NCBI GenBank assembly: GCA_051532055.1
Contig: JAOPTX010000015.1
Location: 60,173-124,172 of the forward strand
Origin: Fibrobacterales bacterium
GTDB taxonomy: Bacteria; Fibrobacterota; Fibrobacteria; Fibrobacterales; JAOPTW01
Reading direction: 5' to 3'
Length of the DNA: 64,000 nucleotides
Numbering within the stretch: position 1 is the first letter of the stretch; each line of letters begins with the position of its first letter. Below, piece by piece: positions 1-10,198 of the stretch. The notes beneath the pieces are model-generated. The model was not told where the DNA came from and did not search any database. It worked only from the letters and a program-made list of their open reading frames with translations. The translations under genes and the position numbers were made by a program.

Positions 1-18
1 CTGGCCTTTTTTTGTTAA

Positions 19-92
19 TACCCCCTGACGGACTCGAACCGCCAACCCTCGGTTTCGAAGACCGATATTCTATCCAGTTGAACTAAGGAGGC
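19..92 (-). tRNA. tRNA-Arg, anticodon TCG (CCA not encoded)
   Basis: Reverse complement GCCTCCTTAGTTCAACTGGATAGAATATCGGTCTTCGAAACCGAGGGTTGGCGGTTCGAGTCCGTCAGGGGGTA folds as a cloverleaf. Anticodon stem TCGGT/ACCGA with loop CTTCGAA; T-loop GTTCGAG. Confidence 0.95.
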
Positions 93-429
93 AATAATCT
101 TTAGTAGGGTAAAAGTAATTAATCTCCATTAACTGTCAGGACCTTTTTAAAAAGTATTGTAAAAATATTAAATATTGAAATTGTTGACTCTATTTGATCA
201 AAGTTGTAAAAAAGGAAGCGCCTTGGATGCTTTTGTTTGTGATAACATGAATGATTTCATGATGTTATAAGTGTTAGTAGTCTGTTTATATCGCTGTTGA
301 AGTATGTGGATAGGGGCCTAGAAGCTGTTGCTTGTTTAGCTCTGTGATGTAAACTTATTGTAAAAGTGAAGAAGATCGTTGCTTTTGTGATTTTTATTTT
401 GGATAATTGTGTACTTAAAGGAGGCATAC

Positions 430-846
430 ATGATCGAACACAGCTATACCGTTGCATTTAAAGAATTAGGTGATGAGTTTATCGCGTTTTTCGAGGGGCA
501 TCGTGAAGAATTAAAGCTGTTTATAGACGCATCAAATTATGCTAATAACAAATCACTCGATGAGCTTCTTGTTGAATTTATCATGCACATGGAGCGACCA
601 CTCGATCAAGAAGAGTATATAAATTCCATGCAAAAATATCTCAATGATATTTTTAGTGAAATTCGTAAATCTCACATTGAAGGCTTTATTCAAGGTCATC
701 AAATTGGTGATTATCTCGATGAGAAAATGCGCATACACAAAAAAATGGTAATGCGTCAACAACTTGAACGTTTTAGTCTCTGCAAAGACTATGTGGTTGA
801 GAATGTTGAGGAGGCTCTACAAAAAGAACCTTCAGTAGTTGTATAA
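430..846 (+). CDS. Hypothetical helical cytoplasmic protein (~138 aa)
   Basis: Track ORF 409..846. The ATG at 430 follows a GGAGG RBS. No recognisable motif. Confidence 0.7.
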   Translation: MIEHSYTVAFKELGDEFIAFFEGHREELKLFIDASNYANNKSLDELLVEFIMHMERPLDQEEYINSMQKYLNDIFSEIRKSHIEGFIQGHQIGDYLDEKMRIHKKMVMRQQLERFSLCKDYVVENVEEALQKEPSVVV

Positions 847-930
847 TCAAAAGTCAAATATTTTTAAAATCTAATTTTATGAACGGATAGTGAATGGTCC
901 ACGGTAAAGTGGATCAGCACATTGTATATA

Positions 931-1710
931 CTAGGCGCGTTCTTTGGGTCGTATAATTCCACGAGTAGGCTTTGAAAAATAAGAGAGCATACTCTCAATA
1001 GCACTTTTAGAATACGAAGCTTTAATCGTAGTAAGTGCTTCTTCAACAGTCTTGCCACTTCTATACATTGTACGATATGCTTTGTGTATTGCCTCTTGAT
1101 CTTCTTTGCTCATAGCGTGCTTTTCAAGGGCTTTGTGGTTGAGGCCAGCCCAGCTCAGAGGATTGCCGAGTGCTTTTGAAAAAGGAGGGACATCTTTATC
1201 GGCTTTTAAGGTGCCTCCAACAAAAGCGAGTGTTCCAATACGGCAGAACTGTTGTATTGCTGTCATCCCACCAATGACCACTCCAAAGCCCAGTTCTACA
1301 TGTCCACCCAATTGCACGCCATTTGCTATAACGACATGGTCTTCAATAATAGAGTCATGACCAACATGACTATATGCCATGAGAAGAACATTATTGCCAA
1401 TGCTGGTTGATTTACCTTCATTGGCTGCTCGATTAATAGTGCAATACTCTCGAATAATAGTGTTATTACCAATGGTTAAAAATGTTGTTTCATTAAGATA
1501 ACTGAGGTCTTGAGGATTAGAACCAACTATGGCGCCATCATAAATTGAGCAATTATTACCAATTGTGGTGTTTGAATAGAGGTGAACATGGGATGCTATG
1601 GTAGTTCTGTCGCCAATAGTCACCCCGTCTTCGATAATTGAGTAGGGCCCGATTGATATCCCTTGCCCTAATTGTGCAAGGGGAGAGACGATTGCAGTCG
1701 GGTGAATCAC
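931..1710 (-). CDS. lpxA: Acyl-ACP--UDP-N-acetylglucosamine O-acyltransferase
   Basis: Hexapeptide repeats; IHPTAIV, PQDL, IREYCTINR and HVGHD motifs. Likely GTG start at 1710, immediately after the fabZ stop. Confidence 0.95.
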   Translation of the reverse strand: MIHPTAIVSPLAQLGQGISIGPYSIIEDGVTIGDRTTIASHVHLYSNTTIGNNCSIYDGAIVGSNPQDLSYLNETTFLTIGNNTIIREYCTINRAANEGKSTSIGNNVLLMAYSHVGHDSIIEDHVVIANGVQLGGHVELGFGVVIGGMTAIQQFCRIGTLAFVGGTLKADKDVPPFSKALGNPLSWAGLNHKALEKHAMSKEDQEAIHKAYRTMYRSGKTVEEALTTIKASYSKSAIESMLSYFSKPTRGIIRPKERA

Positions 1711-1711
1711 A

Positions 1712-2185
1712 TTATACCATGGTTGCCATGAGTGTTGCACTTGCGGCAACTTTTCCATCAACAGTTATTACAGCACTCCATGTTGCAATACCGCGACGCC
1801 ATTTTTCCATTGTTGCGGTAATAGTAAGAACATCACCAGGTCGAACGGGACGTTTGAAGCGTGCACTGTCAACTCCCATAAAAGCTGGGCGCTTTCCTTT
1901 GGTTTCTTCTTCATAGCTGAGTGCTATAAGAATACAACCTGCTTGAGCCATAGCTTCTGTTTGTAATACCCCAGGCATAACTGGGTCTTCAGGAAAGTGT
2001 CCTTGAAAGAAGGGTTCATTAAAAGAGACATTTTTAGTTACAACAATAGTCTTCTCTAGTTCCATTTCAATAACTCGATCTACAAGAAGGAAAGGGAATC
2101 GATGTGGTAATACTTTGGTGATACCGGCAAAATCTATAATGCAGTTGTCTGCTTCAGGCTTTGGAAGACTTTCTAAAAGTGACAT
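1712..2185 (-). CDS. fabZ: 3-hydroxyacyl-ACP dehydratase
   Basis: LPHRFPFLLVDRV and FFQGHFP..PVMPGVL..EAMAQ motifs. Confidence 0.96.
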   Translation of the reverse strand: MSLLESLPKPEADNCIIDFAGITKVLPHRFPFLLVDRVIEMELEKTIVVTKNVSFNEPFFQGHFPEDPVMPGVLQTEAMAQAGCILIALSYEEETKGKRPAFMGVDSARFKRPVRPGDVLTITATMEKWRRGIATWSAVITVDGKVAASATLMATMV

Positions 2186-2994
2186 AGTGAAACTATCCTT
2201 TTAATGAGTAGATGGTTGAGCAAATGCCCACCATTGTTTATAGTGATCTCTAATGTAGGTAATTTTGGTGTAATGAGGAATATGTCCCCCAGAAAATCGA
2301 GGATTTTGTGGCGTACAAATTCATCAGGAAAACGAAGTGGTGCCCCACTGACTATAGTAAAGTCGTCGCCCTTTTTTTTATAGGCGATACCCGAACCAGC
2401 TATAGCTCCCGCTAGTAAGGTGTCGGTTTTTTGAGTGTTTAAGAGCGAATAATTGATGTATGTTCTTGCATTTGTAATTTCTTGAATGAGAGGTGTGGTG
2501 TGGTTTATAGAAAATGTTTGGGTGAATTCTGGAGATTCAAGAGTATATGAAAGAGAAAAATGAGAAGCGGGTGATACTGAAATCGAGCCAGGAGTTGGAC
2601 CCTCCCATGAGTGATGCCATGAGAGAGGAACACTGTAGTGCTCTAAAAATGTAAGGGGGGAGTAGTGTTTTGTTAGGGCGGTAATAATAGGGGCAGCACT
2701 CCCATCAAATATGGGGATTTCATTACCCTGTAGGGTTATTTCGAGATTGTGGTGAGAGAAAAAAGCGAGGGCTGCTGAGAGATGCTCTACAGTGCCAATG
2801 GTTATATCAGGGGCAATGGAGAGCGAAGTTGCTCGAGCGTTATCTGATATCGTTGGCGCTGTATCGGTGAGGGAGTAGTGTACACCGCTTTCAGCATGAA
2901 TGAGTGTATGGCCGCGTTGGCTTGAAGGGACAATGGAGAGCGAAGAAGATGCGCCACTATGTACTCCAATACCTTGTAGTAGTATTGGGTTCAC
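2173..2994 (-). CDS. lpxC: UDP-3-O-acyl-N-acetylglucosamine deacetylase
   Basis: GIGVHSG, TVEHL, EIPIFDGSA, HKILDFLGD and GH motifs. Confidence 0.92.
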   Translation of the reverse strand: MNPILLQGIGVHSGASSSLSIVPSSQRGHTLIHAESGVHYSLTDTAPTISDNARATSLSIAPDITIGTVEHLSAALAFFSHHNLEITLQGNEIPIFDGSAAPIITALTKHYSPLTFLEHYSVPLSWHHSWEGPTPGSISVSPASHFSLSYTLESPEFTQTFSINHTTPLIQEITNARTYINYSLLNTQKTDTLLAGAIAGSGIAYKKKGDDFTIVSGAPLRFPDEFVRHKILDFLGDIFLITPKLPTLEITINNGGHLLNHLLIKRIVSLCHF

Positions 2995-3941
2995 CGGGCA
3001 AGGTTCCTGAGGGCGAGTACGCTTTTTCTCCAGAGAGATATTTCGGTAGCGGGGAAACCGGCAACAGTTATCCCATTGGGGATAGAACGGGTAACTCCGC
3101 TTTTAGCGGCTATTGATACATTCCCTCCAATAGTGAGGTGTCCTGCGATTTGAGCACCTCCACCGACAGTAACATTATTGCCGAGCTGTGTTGAACCTGC
3201 AATACCCGATTGACTAACCATAGTACAATAGTTTCCTAATATACAGTTGTGGGCAATTTGTACAAAGCTATCTATATGGCAGTATTCACCAATAGAAGTC
3301 GGTTCAATAAATCCGGCGGCCACTACTGTTTGAGCACCAATTGTTGATTGAGCGCCAATAATTACGCCACCAAAATGAGGTACTGGTATTGGCCTCCCGC
3401 TGCATTCATAAAAGCCAAAACCTCGAGAGCCTATAACGGCACCAGCTTGAATAGTACACTGCTCTTTTATTGTGACACCTGAATATACCGTGACCTGTGC
3501 TTCTAAGGTTGAGCCAGCTTCGACTGTTGAGCCGGCCATAACAATTGAGTGGGGGCCTATTATGGCACCTGCTTCTATGCGCCCATCTACTACAGCAGTT
3601 TCATGTACTTTAGCTGAAGGGTGGATATCTGCTTGAGCGATGGGTGCAGGGGTAATCTCTTTTAGGAGAGCTATTATGCTCTCATATGGGGACATGCAAT
3701 AGAGAAGTGTTTTAGTGCCCTTTAATTCGGGGGAGAGCGTTTTATAACTCAAAGGGACGAGGACGATTCCGGCCTCAGACTGGGAGAAGGTAGTACCTGC
3801 TGGCTCTGCGGTAGAAAAACTAAGAGATTCGGATGTCGCTTTATGGAGTGAGTCTACAGAGCTACAGAATGGATGATGTATTTCATCTGTTTCTGCCCTC
3901 GTGATTGAGACTATTTCTTCAATAGAAAGGTTCGTCTGCAT
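2991..3941 (-). CDS. lpxD: UDP-3-O-(3-hydroxyacyl)glucosamine N-acyltransferase
   Basis: IG.RGFGF, VQIAHN and SGIAGS motifs; hexapeptide repeats; operon position. Confidence 0.93.
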   Translation of the reverse strand: MQTNLSIEEIVSITRAETDEIHHPFCSSVDSLHKATSESLSFSTAEPAGTTFSQSEAGIVLVPLSYKTLSPELKGTKTLLYCMSPYESIIALLKEITPAPIAQADIHPSAKVHETAVVDGRIEAGAIIGPHSIVMAGSTVEAGSTLEAQVTVYSGVTIKEQCTIQAGAVIGSRGFGFYECSGRPIPVPHFGGVIIGAQSTIGAQTVVAAGFIEPTSIGEYCHIDSFVQIAHNCILGNYCTMVSQSGIAGSTQLGNNVTVGGGAQIAGHLTIGGNVSIAAKSGVTRSIPNGITVAGFPATEISLWRKSVLALRNLAR

Positions 3942-3954
3942 AATAGGGTGTAGA

Positions 3955-4473
3955 TTAGAAGTTATTGTTGAGGATATCGGTTACTTTCTGAGTAAGGTCG
4001 TGATCACTTTTCCAAAATATTACGGCTCCAGAAGCGCGATCAAGTACCATGTCGTATCCCTCTTCAATCGCGACATCATTAATGGTTTTTCTAATTTGCT
4101 TAATGATGGGTTCTGATATTTTTTCATTTTCACTGACAAGCTGTCCTTCGCGTCCATAAATTTTATCGACAAAATCATTGAGTTCAGTCTCTTTTTTTGA
4201 AAGTTCAGACTCAAGAGTTCGTTTTTTTTCATCACTGAGGATCAGAGACTGTTTCTCTAGGCGTTCACGAATACTTGCGAGTTCTTGTTGCAATATGTTG
4301 GCCTGTTGTTCCCAACGAGCTACCTGACGGTCGTACTCAGCCTGAGCTTTTTGGGTGCCGCGGAATTTCTGAAAAATGAGTTTTGAATCCACATGCGCAA
4401 TTCGCAACTCCTCTGCAAAGGATACAGAGAGTGTCAGGGTTATGAGAATCAGAATGACTGCTTTAAATTGCAT
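3955..4473 (-). CDS. skp: OmpH/Skp periplasmic chaperone
   Basis: Signal peptide, RIAHVD, coiled coil, GYDMVLD...DLT motif; located between bamA and lpxD. Confidence 0.92.
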   Translation of the reverse strand: MQFKAVILILITLTLSVSFAEELRIAHVDSKLIFQKFRGTQKAQAEYDRQVARWEQQANILQQELASIRERLEKQSLILSDEKKRTLESELSKKETELNDFVDKIYGREGQLVSENEKISEPIIKQIRKTINDVAIEEGYDMVLDRASGAVIFWKSDHDLTQKVTDILNNNF

Positions 4474-4488
4474 AGTGCCTCCGGTCTG

Positions 4489-7323
4489 TTAAAATCCTTG
4501 TGAAATAACAAAGTTTGTTTGCATAGCTCTTGAAGTATTTACTCCTTGAGGTCTTTCTCCATCATCAAGTGGCCAACCAAAATCGAATCCAATAATTCCT
4601 AGCATTGGAACAACAATTCTAAAGCCAAAGCCAAAATCTTTTTTAAGAGATTGAGGAGTAAATTCAGAAAGTGGATTGGTTCTGTTGACCTCTTCTTTCG
4701 TGATGAGTCGCTCTCTTACTTTGTCGTCGCCAGGTATAGCGGTATAAAGTGGTTCTCCGTAGACGTTACCAGCATCAAAAAATGCAAGTGCATAGAAGGT
4801 ATTTTCCGCTATTGGATAGGTGATTTCAGAAACCATTGAAACAAAGCTTCTGCCAAGTCGTGAGCTACCAATAGATCCTGGAGAGTAACCTCGTAGTTTT
4901 CCTTGATAACCAAGCATACCACCCATTTGGTATCGTGATCGGTACTGTAATACATCTCCTGAAATTAAGCCCACTTGATTGTCAAGACCGAGTGCAAGGC
5001 CTCCTCCTAGAGGGAACCACCATTTAACGGTAAAGTCCGTTTTAAGGTAGCTAAATTGCCTGAGTGGTTCTTCATCATAAGAGAACTCATCAAAGACACC
5101 GGGAACTTGAAATACTTTTTCAACACTGACACTATACCGTGAACCTTCAGTTGGGAATCGAGGAAGGTTTTTATCATCTCGAGTAATGGTTAGACCCACT
5201 GCTGATTCTGACCCAGATTTAAGTAGGACACTTCCCGGAACATTTTCTCCCTGTTCATTCATTTGCCAGCTGAGGTCTCCTTGTATATAGAAGTAGTCAT
5301 CAGGCCATTTGAGTCGGGTCCCAAGAAATACACGTCCCCCATATCGACGGATGTCATTTTCTACTGAGTAATCACTTTTGTACCAAGTGTAGTTTAGGGT
5401 GCCACCCAAGGTGATAGGGCGGTCTTGAAACCAAGGCTCTGTAAATCCTATGGTGTAGTTTTGCTTCTCTTGACCAAATTCGACATTCAGTGAAGCCTGT
5501 TGGCCATCACCAATACAACAGTTTGGTATGGAGAGGCCGAGGGTACCCATGAAATTATCTTTTTGACTGTATGCGACACCTGCTGAAAATTGTCCGGTTC
5601 CTGCTTCACGTTCCATTGCATCAAAAACAAGATCTACTTCTTGATTCTCACGGATTTTGATGTCGGGAAGTACATTGTCGAAATAGTTGAGTTGCATCAT
5701 ATCTCGGATAGAGCGTTCCATCAGAGACTGTCTGTATGTATCACCAGGGAAGAGTTTAACTTCACGGCGGAGCACTTTGTCTTTTGTTGTGGTATTGTTT
5801 TTGATAATCACTTTATGAATACTGGCAGGGAGCCCTTCAGTGATATCGAAGCTGATATTGACAATAGAATCATGATACTCTTTTTTATCAATTATTTGAA
5901 CAAAAAGATAACCTTCTTCTCGGTACATAGATTGCAGGTTATATAAGAGCATTTGGTATTTTGTGTTATCGAAAATGTCTCCTGAGTCGAGTGTCAATTG
6001 AGATTCAAGCGCTTCAGTAGAGTAAACTTTATTCCCGAGAAATGTATAAGTACCAGAATAGTATTGGCGACCCTCGCTTACAGTGAAATGGAGGCCGAGG
6101 TTAGAGCTCGTGTTGAGTTCGTCATAGGGCATAAGAGGGAGCAGTGATTCGAGGGTTAATCGTGTTAACCGTTTCTCTTGTTGTGCATCTAATTTTTTCA
6201 AGGCAGTTAATGAATCAATTTCTGGAGTATGTAACGTAGGAGAGACTTGTTTGATAAAATCTTGACGAACCTCTTTAAGCATAAGTATTCTGTTGAGGAG
6301 GGTGATAATTTTCTCTTCACTATCAAGTTCAGGTAACAGAACTCCTTGATTTTTTTCTGCGATATTACGACGTGCATGACGGTAGTAATGACTTGAGCGA
6401 ACCAATGAAGTACGGATTGCATCATAAAAAGGTGATGACTCATTGGCAAGGGCTTTATTGACCGCTTTAATAAGTTGTTCAGAAGTAAAACCTTCTTTTA
6501 GAGCTTGACCTGAATAAAAACGGTAACTAGGGTCTTTAATGTATTTAACCTCTTTTTGAGTTACTGAGGCATCCAAATATCCTTTAGAGCGATACACTGC
6601 AAGAATTGAGTCACTGTCGGCTTCGAAAGACTCTTCTTTGTACTCTCCTTCCCCCCACCAGTGGTCAACTTCTGATTGAAGGTTTTCAATGATGTCACTA
6701 CTGTGGAGGTTGTCATTGCCATGGATGACAATCTCTTGTACCACAACTTTGTCACCTTCTTTAATGTCGAGAACGAGGTCAATTTTACCACTTTCTGGGT
6801 CAATATTTTTGGTTATGATCACTTCTGCAAGTAAAAAACCGTCTTCCTTATAGCGACTGATGATCCGTTGACGATTACGCTCAATATCTGAGGGGCTAAT
6901 TACTTGGCCTTCAACAAGTGTTACCAGTACATCTATTTCTTCATCAGCAATCTCTTCATTGCCAGATATAGAGTAACTTTTGAGTTGAGGGTGTTCTTCT
7001 ACGGTGAACACAAATGAGACGTCCCCAGACTCACCATAAATAATACCGACGTCTATATTGGCAAAGAGGCCTGTATCATAGAGAGATTCAACAGAGGCTT
7101 TAATTTTATTTTTGAGAACTACCGGATGATAATTTTGCCCTGCCACCACGCTAATTCGTTTCAGAATAAGGGTTTCATCAATAAAATCGTTGTTCTCAAC
7201 AGTAATACTTTTAAGAGTGTTTTCTGCAGTAGCGCCGCCTTGGAGAGGGAGAAGTTGCCCAAAACTAGTGGTGAGAGTACAAAATATGATACAGAGTGTA
7301 AAGCGGTTCAACAAGCGTTTCAT
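4489..7323 (-). CDS. bamA: Outer membrane protein assembly factor BamA with a large insertion in the POTRA region
   Basis: POTRA repeats, TKDKVLRRE, FTEPW, LRGY, FFDAGN, C-terminal Phe. Probable start at 7323 (MKRLL); track start is 7362. Confidence 0.95.
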   Translation of the reverse strand: MKRLLNRFTLCIIFCTLTTSFGQLLPLQGGATAENTLKSITVENNDFIDETLILKRISVVAGQNYHPVVLKNKIKASVESLYDTGLFANIDVGIIYGESGDVSFVFTVEEHPQLKSYSISGNEEIADEEIDVLVTLVEGQVISPSDIERNRQRIISRYKEDGFLLAEVIITKNIDPESGKIDLVLDIKEGDKVVVQEIVIHGNDNLHSSDIIENLQSEVDHWWGEGEYKEESFEADSDSILAVYRSKGYLDASVTQKEVKYIKDPSYRFYSGQALKEGFTSEQLIKAVNKALANESSPFYDAIRTSLVRSSHYYRHARRNIAEKNQGVLLPELDSEEKIITLLNRILMLKEVRQDFIKQVSPTLHTPEIDSLTALKKLDAQQEKRLTRLTLESLLPLMPYDELNTSSNLGLHFTVSEGRQYYSGTYTFLGNKVYSTEALESQLTLDSGDIFDNTKYQMLLYNLQSMYREEGYLFVQIIDKKEYHDSIVNISFDITEGLPASIHKVIIKNNTTTKDKVLRREVKLFPGDTYRQSLMERSIRDMMQLNYFDNVLPDIKIRENQEVDLVFDAMEREAGTGQFSAGVAYSQKDNFMGTLGLSIPNCCIGDGQQASLNVEFGQEKQNYTIGFTEPWFQDRPITLGGTLNYTWYKSDYSVENDIRRYGGRVFLGTRLKWPDDYFYIQGDLSWQMNEQGENVPGSVLLKSGSESAVGLTITRDDKNLPRFPTEGSRYSVSVEKVFQVPGVFDEFSYDEEPLRQFSYLKTDFTVKWWFPLGGGLALGLDNQVGLISGDVLQYRSRYQMGGMLGYQGKLRGYSPGSIGSSRLGRSFVSMVSEITYPIAENTFYALAFFDAGNVYGEPLYTAIPGDDKVRERLITKEEVNRTNPLSEFTPQSLKKDFGFGFRIVVPMLGIIGFDFGWPLDDGERPQGVNTSRAMQTNFVISQGF

Positions 7324-7392
7324 GATGTCCGGTTTTGAAAATAATGCACTCCAAATGTACAAAATAAGGCTATAAAAGGGCAGGATTTTGTT

Positions 7393-7425
7393 AAAAATAG
7401 CCCCTTCAGTAAAGCGCTGAAGGGC
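7393..7425 (-). terminator. Probable intrinsic terminator after the GT-C gene
   Basis: CCCTTCAG/CTGAAGGG stem followed on the minus strand by TATTTTT. Confidence 0.55.
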
Positions 7426-7431
7426 AAAATA

Positions 7432-10188
7432 CTATTCAAGCCAAGGGTTGACCCAGTTTATATGATCACAACTTTTATTGGCAAGAGAGTCTGTTTCGAG
7501 TCTCAAGGTTTGGACACGGGTAATATCAATGCCGAGGTCATTTCCGCTTATGAGTGATGCGAGCTCTTGTGCGTGGAGTGTATCCGAAGTAAAGAGGAGG
7601 CGGTCGTCGCCAAATACTTTTGCAACAATACCATCACCACACATGTCTTCATCATCCAGGCCCAGCTTGCTAAAGAATCGAGTGTATTTTCCATTTAACT
7701 TGAATTGAATTGAGCTAAAACTATGAGAGCCAAAACCAAAGCTAAATCGTTTTCCGTCAATAGTAAGTTCGTTGTTCATGACGCTTTTGTTGATTCCAAG
7801 GGTTCCCCAGCTTTGTAAATTTTTCCAAGCGGGAATGTTGGTGAGCTGCTGAGCATTTTGTGCGTTAAAGAGGTGGCTATTAAAGGTGTATTGTGTTGAA
7901 TCGGGGAGTTCAATAGATACAGAGAGCTCATGCATTCCTTTTTGTAAGTTAACAACAGGTAAAGAAAAGCGTCTATCTGTTTGAATCGACGTTTCAGAAT
8001 AGACTTCACTATTAGTAGCAGTTGATATTATGCTGAGTCGAAGGGTGACGGGTTCATCAAATTTTTTGCGTATACTAATCTCTGTTTGGCCATCCGTAAC
8101 AGTGGGTGGTTCAATGTATATATTGCTTTGGTATGAGCTTCGGCCTTTTCTATTTTTCAATTGAGTTACTGAAAGTGGATATCCAAAGTCTTTAGAGTTT
8201 TTATATACCTCTTTGGTTTCAAACATGTCAAGAATTTGGGTGACTTTATCTGTTGTTTTAAAGCCGACGACTCGAGATTTTTTGTTTACTTTACCAAATC
8301 CATCCTGCCCGCGTACAATGTAGATGTTGTCATTTGAAAATTCTTTCCATTTGGCATATTCGGCATCAGACCAGCGAAGAATTTTTGACTCGCTAAAAGC
8401 GTTGAGTCCTTGAGCGAGCATCTGCCAGGGGCGGCTATATATATAGATAGCATTCTCAGGGAGCTTCTTAAGTTCAATGTTGAGTATCGCTTCTTCTGTG
8501 AGCAGTTTGTTGCGTCGATATTGGATATTTTCAGTGTAGCTCTCATGATGATAGAGTGTTAGAAAAATCATGAGTACAAGAGCTGCGATGGCAGTGGAAT
8601 ATTGGGGAAGTGGTTTGTTGAGGGCACTTATTTTTTTGAATATAATACTAATGATAAAACTAATAGCTATTACAAGAGCTGAGAAAATGAGAACTTTCCA
8701 GGTCAATGCAAATGCAGCACCAAAAAAGGAGTCTGAGGGGAGTGAGAAAAAGCGGTCTTTATGATAGGCGAAAATAATAAAGGCACCAATCCAAATACCG
8801 TTAAGAGCGCCAAATATTTTAGGTGTCTGTGAGTGTGATTTTAGCAGAGCAATTCGATTACTTAGATCATGAAGAAATAACCCTAGAATGAGTGCAAAAG
8901 AGGGGAACGCTACGAGGACATACCGTTGATTGATTCCTATAGTAAAATTTCCAGAGACATTGACCATGATGACAATTGCCTGAAGCTGATATGCAAGTAT
9001 CAAAAGGTATCCCCATCGGTATTTCGCATTAAAGAGGACATGTGCGGTGAGGTAGATTACTCCTAGATATAGAATGATTGCGACAGAGGTGTTCCATGGG
9101 CTTTTAAGGAGTCCAGCATAATCAGCCCCCCAATTTAGCATAACTTCTACATTGGTCCAGAAGTTGGTAGTAAGATTCCAAAATGAATGTGCATCATATT
9201 CTCCGCCTTGAAAACCATACCCTTTATAAGCGCAGATAGTGTTGAGAACAGGGAGTGACGCAAGGAGGACTAAGGCGGTAAAAGCAGGAAGATACCATGA
9301 CTTCTGTTTAAAGAAGGTGTGAAAATAGATAACGAAAGGGAGGAAACAAAATACCGTCTCTTGGCGAGTCTGTGCAAAAAAGCCAAGAAGAGGGATAATT
9401 AAAATGAAATGTTTCAATTTGAGTTGTGTTCTACTATTTGTGGGGGATTCGTTGTGGAAAAGTTGTACAACTACCAATAAAATGGCAAAGAGGAAAACGT
9501 ACATTACCTCAGTAGTTGCCGTTTGAGATTGAAACATCATTGTAGGGAATGAGGCGAAAAAAGTGGTGCCAATGAGGGCAATCGATTCGTTCTTGGTCGC
9601 AAGGAAAAATCCATAAAAGAGGAGCATAATTGAAGCAATATAAAAGAAGAAGTTTACCTGTAATGCTTGATCTCTAGTGGCTTCACCAAGTATGGAAAAA
9701 GCTATTTTATTAGCAAGTCCCGATGCTTTTCCTTTAAAATTGTTGACTTCATCAGTACAAGTGAGTGCGCCTTTATCATAATAGCCTTGGTTGCAGGTTC
9801 CTGCTCTCCCGTTGAAATGCATGTTGATAGCCATTGATTCCCATGACGTTTCATCACTGAGAACTCTATGTTGTTTTTCTATTTGAGTCCAGGTAAATCC
9901 TCCAAAAAATAGAACGATAATACCGAGTACTATAAGAGACTTTTGATTGGGAAGGTGTTGTTTGGTGCGTTGAAATATGTCACGTGCATTAATAATAAAC
10001 CCGAGACACATAATGAGTGCTGTCCCCACCATAAATTCATAACTCCACTCGAGGTCCCAAGCTTTTGCGATGTTTTTATCGGTAAGCTGAAAAATGACTC
10101 CTGCTATAGCTACAATAATAGAGCCGTAAATAAGGCCTGTCCAGCCCGTGCGGTTGAGTGTTAAGAATTGTTTGATAGGTGTGTTCAT
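7432..10188 (-). CDS. Polytopic membrane protein, probable GT-C (PMT/ArnT-like) glycosyltransferase with a C-terminal NPCBM/NEW2 domain
   Basis: Many TM segments and a DE motif in the first loop (LSDETSW). C-terminal QSWG..GINKSV..LTIDG..GFGSH..GLDD..V.GD...D HINW matches NPCBM. Confidence 0.7.
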   Translation of the reverse strand: MNTPIKQFLTLNRTGWTGLIYGSIIVAIAGVIFQLTDKNIAKAWDLEWSYEFMVGTALIMCLGFIINARDIFQRTKQHLPNQKSLIVLGIIVLFFGGFTWTQIEKQHRVLSDETSWESMAINMHFNGRAGTCNQGYYDKGALTCTDEVNNFKGKASGLANKIAFSILGEATRDQALQVNFFFYIASIMLLFYGFFLATKNESIALIGTTFFASFPTMMFQSQTATTEVMYVFLFAILLVVVQLFHNESPTNSRTQLKLKHFILIIPLLGFFAQTRQETVFCFLPFVIYFHTFFKQKSWYLPAFTALVLLASLPVLNTICAYKGYGFQGGEYDAHSFWNLTTNFWTNVEVMLNWGADYAGLLKSPWNTSVAIILYLGVIYLTAHVLFNAKYRWGYLLILAYQLQAIVIMVNVSGNFTIGINQRYVLVAFPSFALILGLFLHDLSNRIALLKSHSQTPKIFGALNGIWIGAFIIFAYHKDRFFSLPSDSFFGAAFALTWKVLIFSALVIAISFIISIIFKKISALNKPLPQYSTAIAALVLMIFLTLYHHESYTENIQYRRNKLLTEEAILNIELKKLPENAIYIYSRPWQMLAQGLNAFSESKILRWSDAEYAKWKEFSNDNIYIVRGQDGFGKVNKKSRVVGFKTTDKVTQILDMFETKEVYKNSKDFGYPLSVTQLKNRKGRSSYQSNIYIEPPTVTDGQTEISIRKKFDEPVTLRLSIISTATNSEVYSETSIQTDRRFSLPVVNLQKGMHELSVSIELPDSTQYTFNSHLFNAQNAQQLTNIPAWKNLQSWGTLGINKSVMNNELTIDGKRFSFGFGSHSFSSIQFKLNGKYTRFFSKLGLDDEDMCGDGIVAKVFGDDRLLFTSDTLHAQELASLISGNDLGIDITRVQTLRLETDSLANKSCDHINWVNPWLE

Positions 10189-10198
10189 AAAGTACTCG

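Noticed and set aside
19..930. tRNA as an integration site for a genomic island
   Set aside because: No integrase or att duplication is seen in the window, and the tRNA 3' flank runs off the window edge.
6100..6535. BamA insertion as an intein
   Set aside because: No N-terminal Cys/Ser splice motif, no His-Asn followed by C/S/T, and no homing endonuclease motifs.
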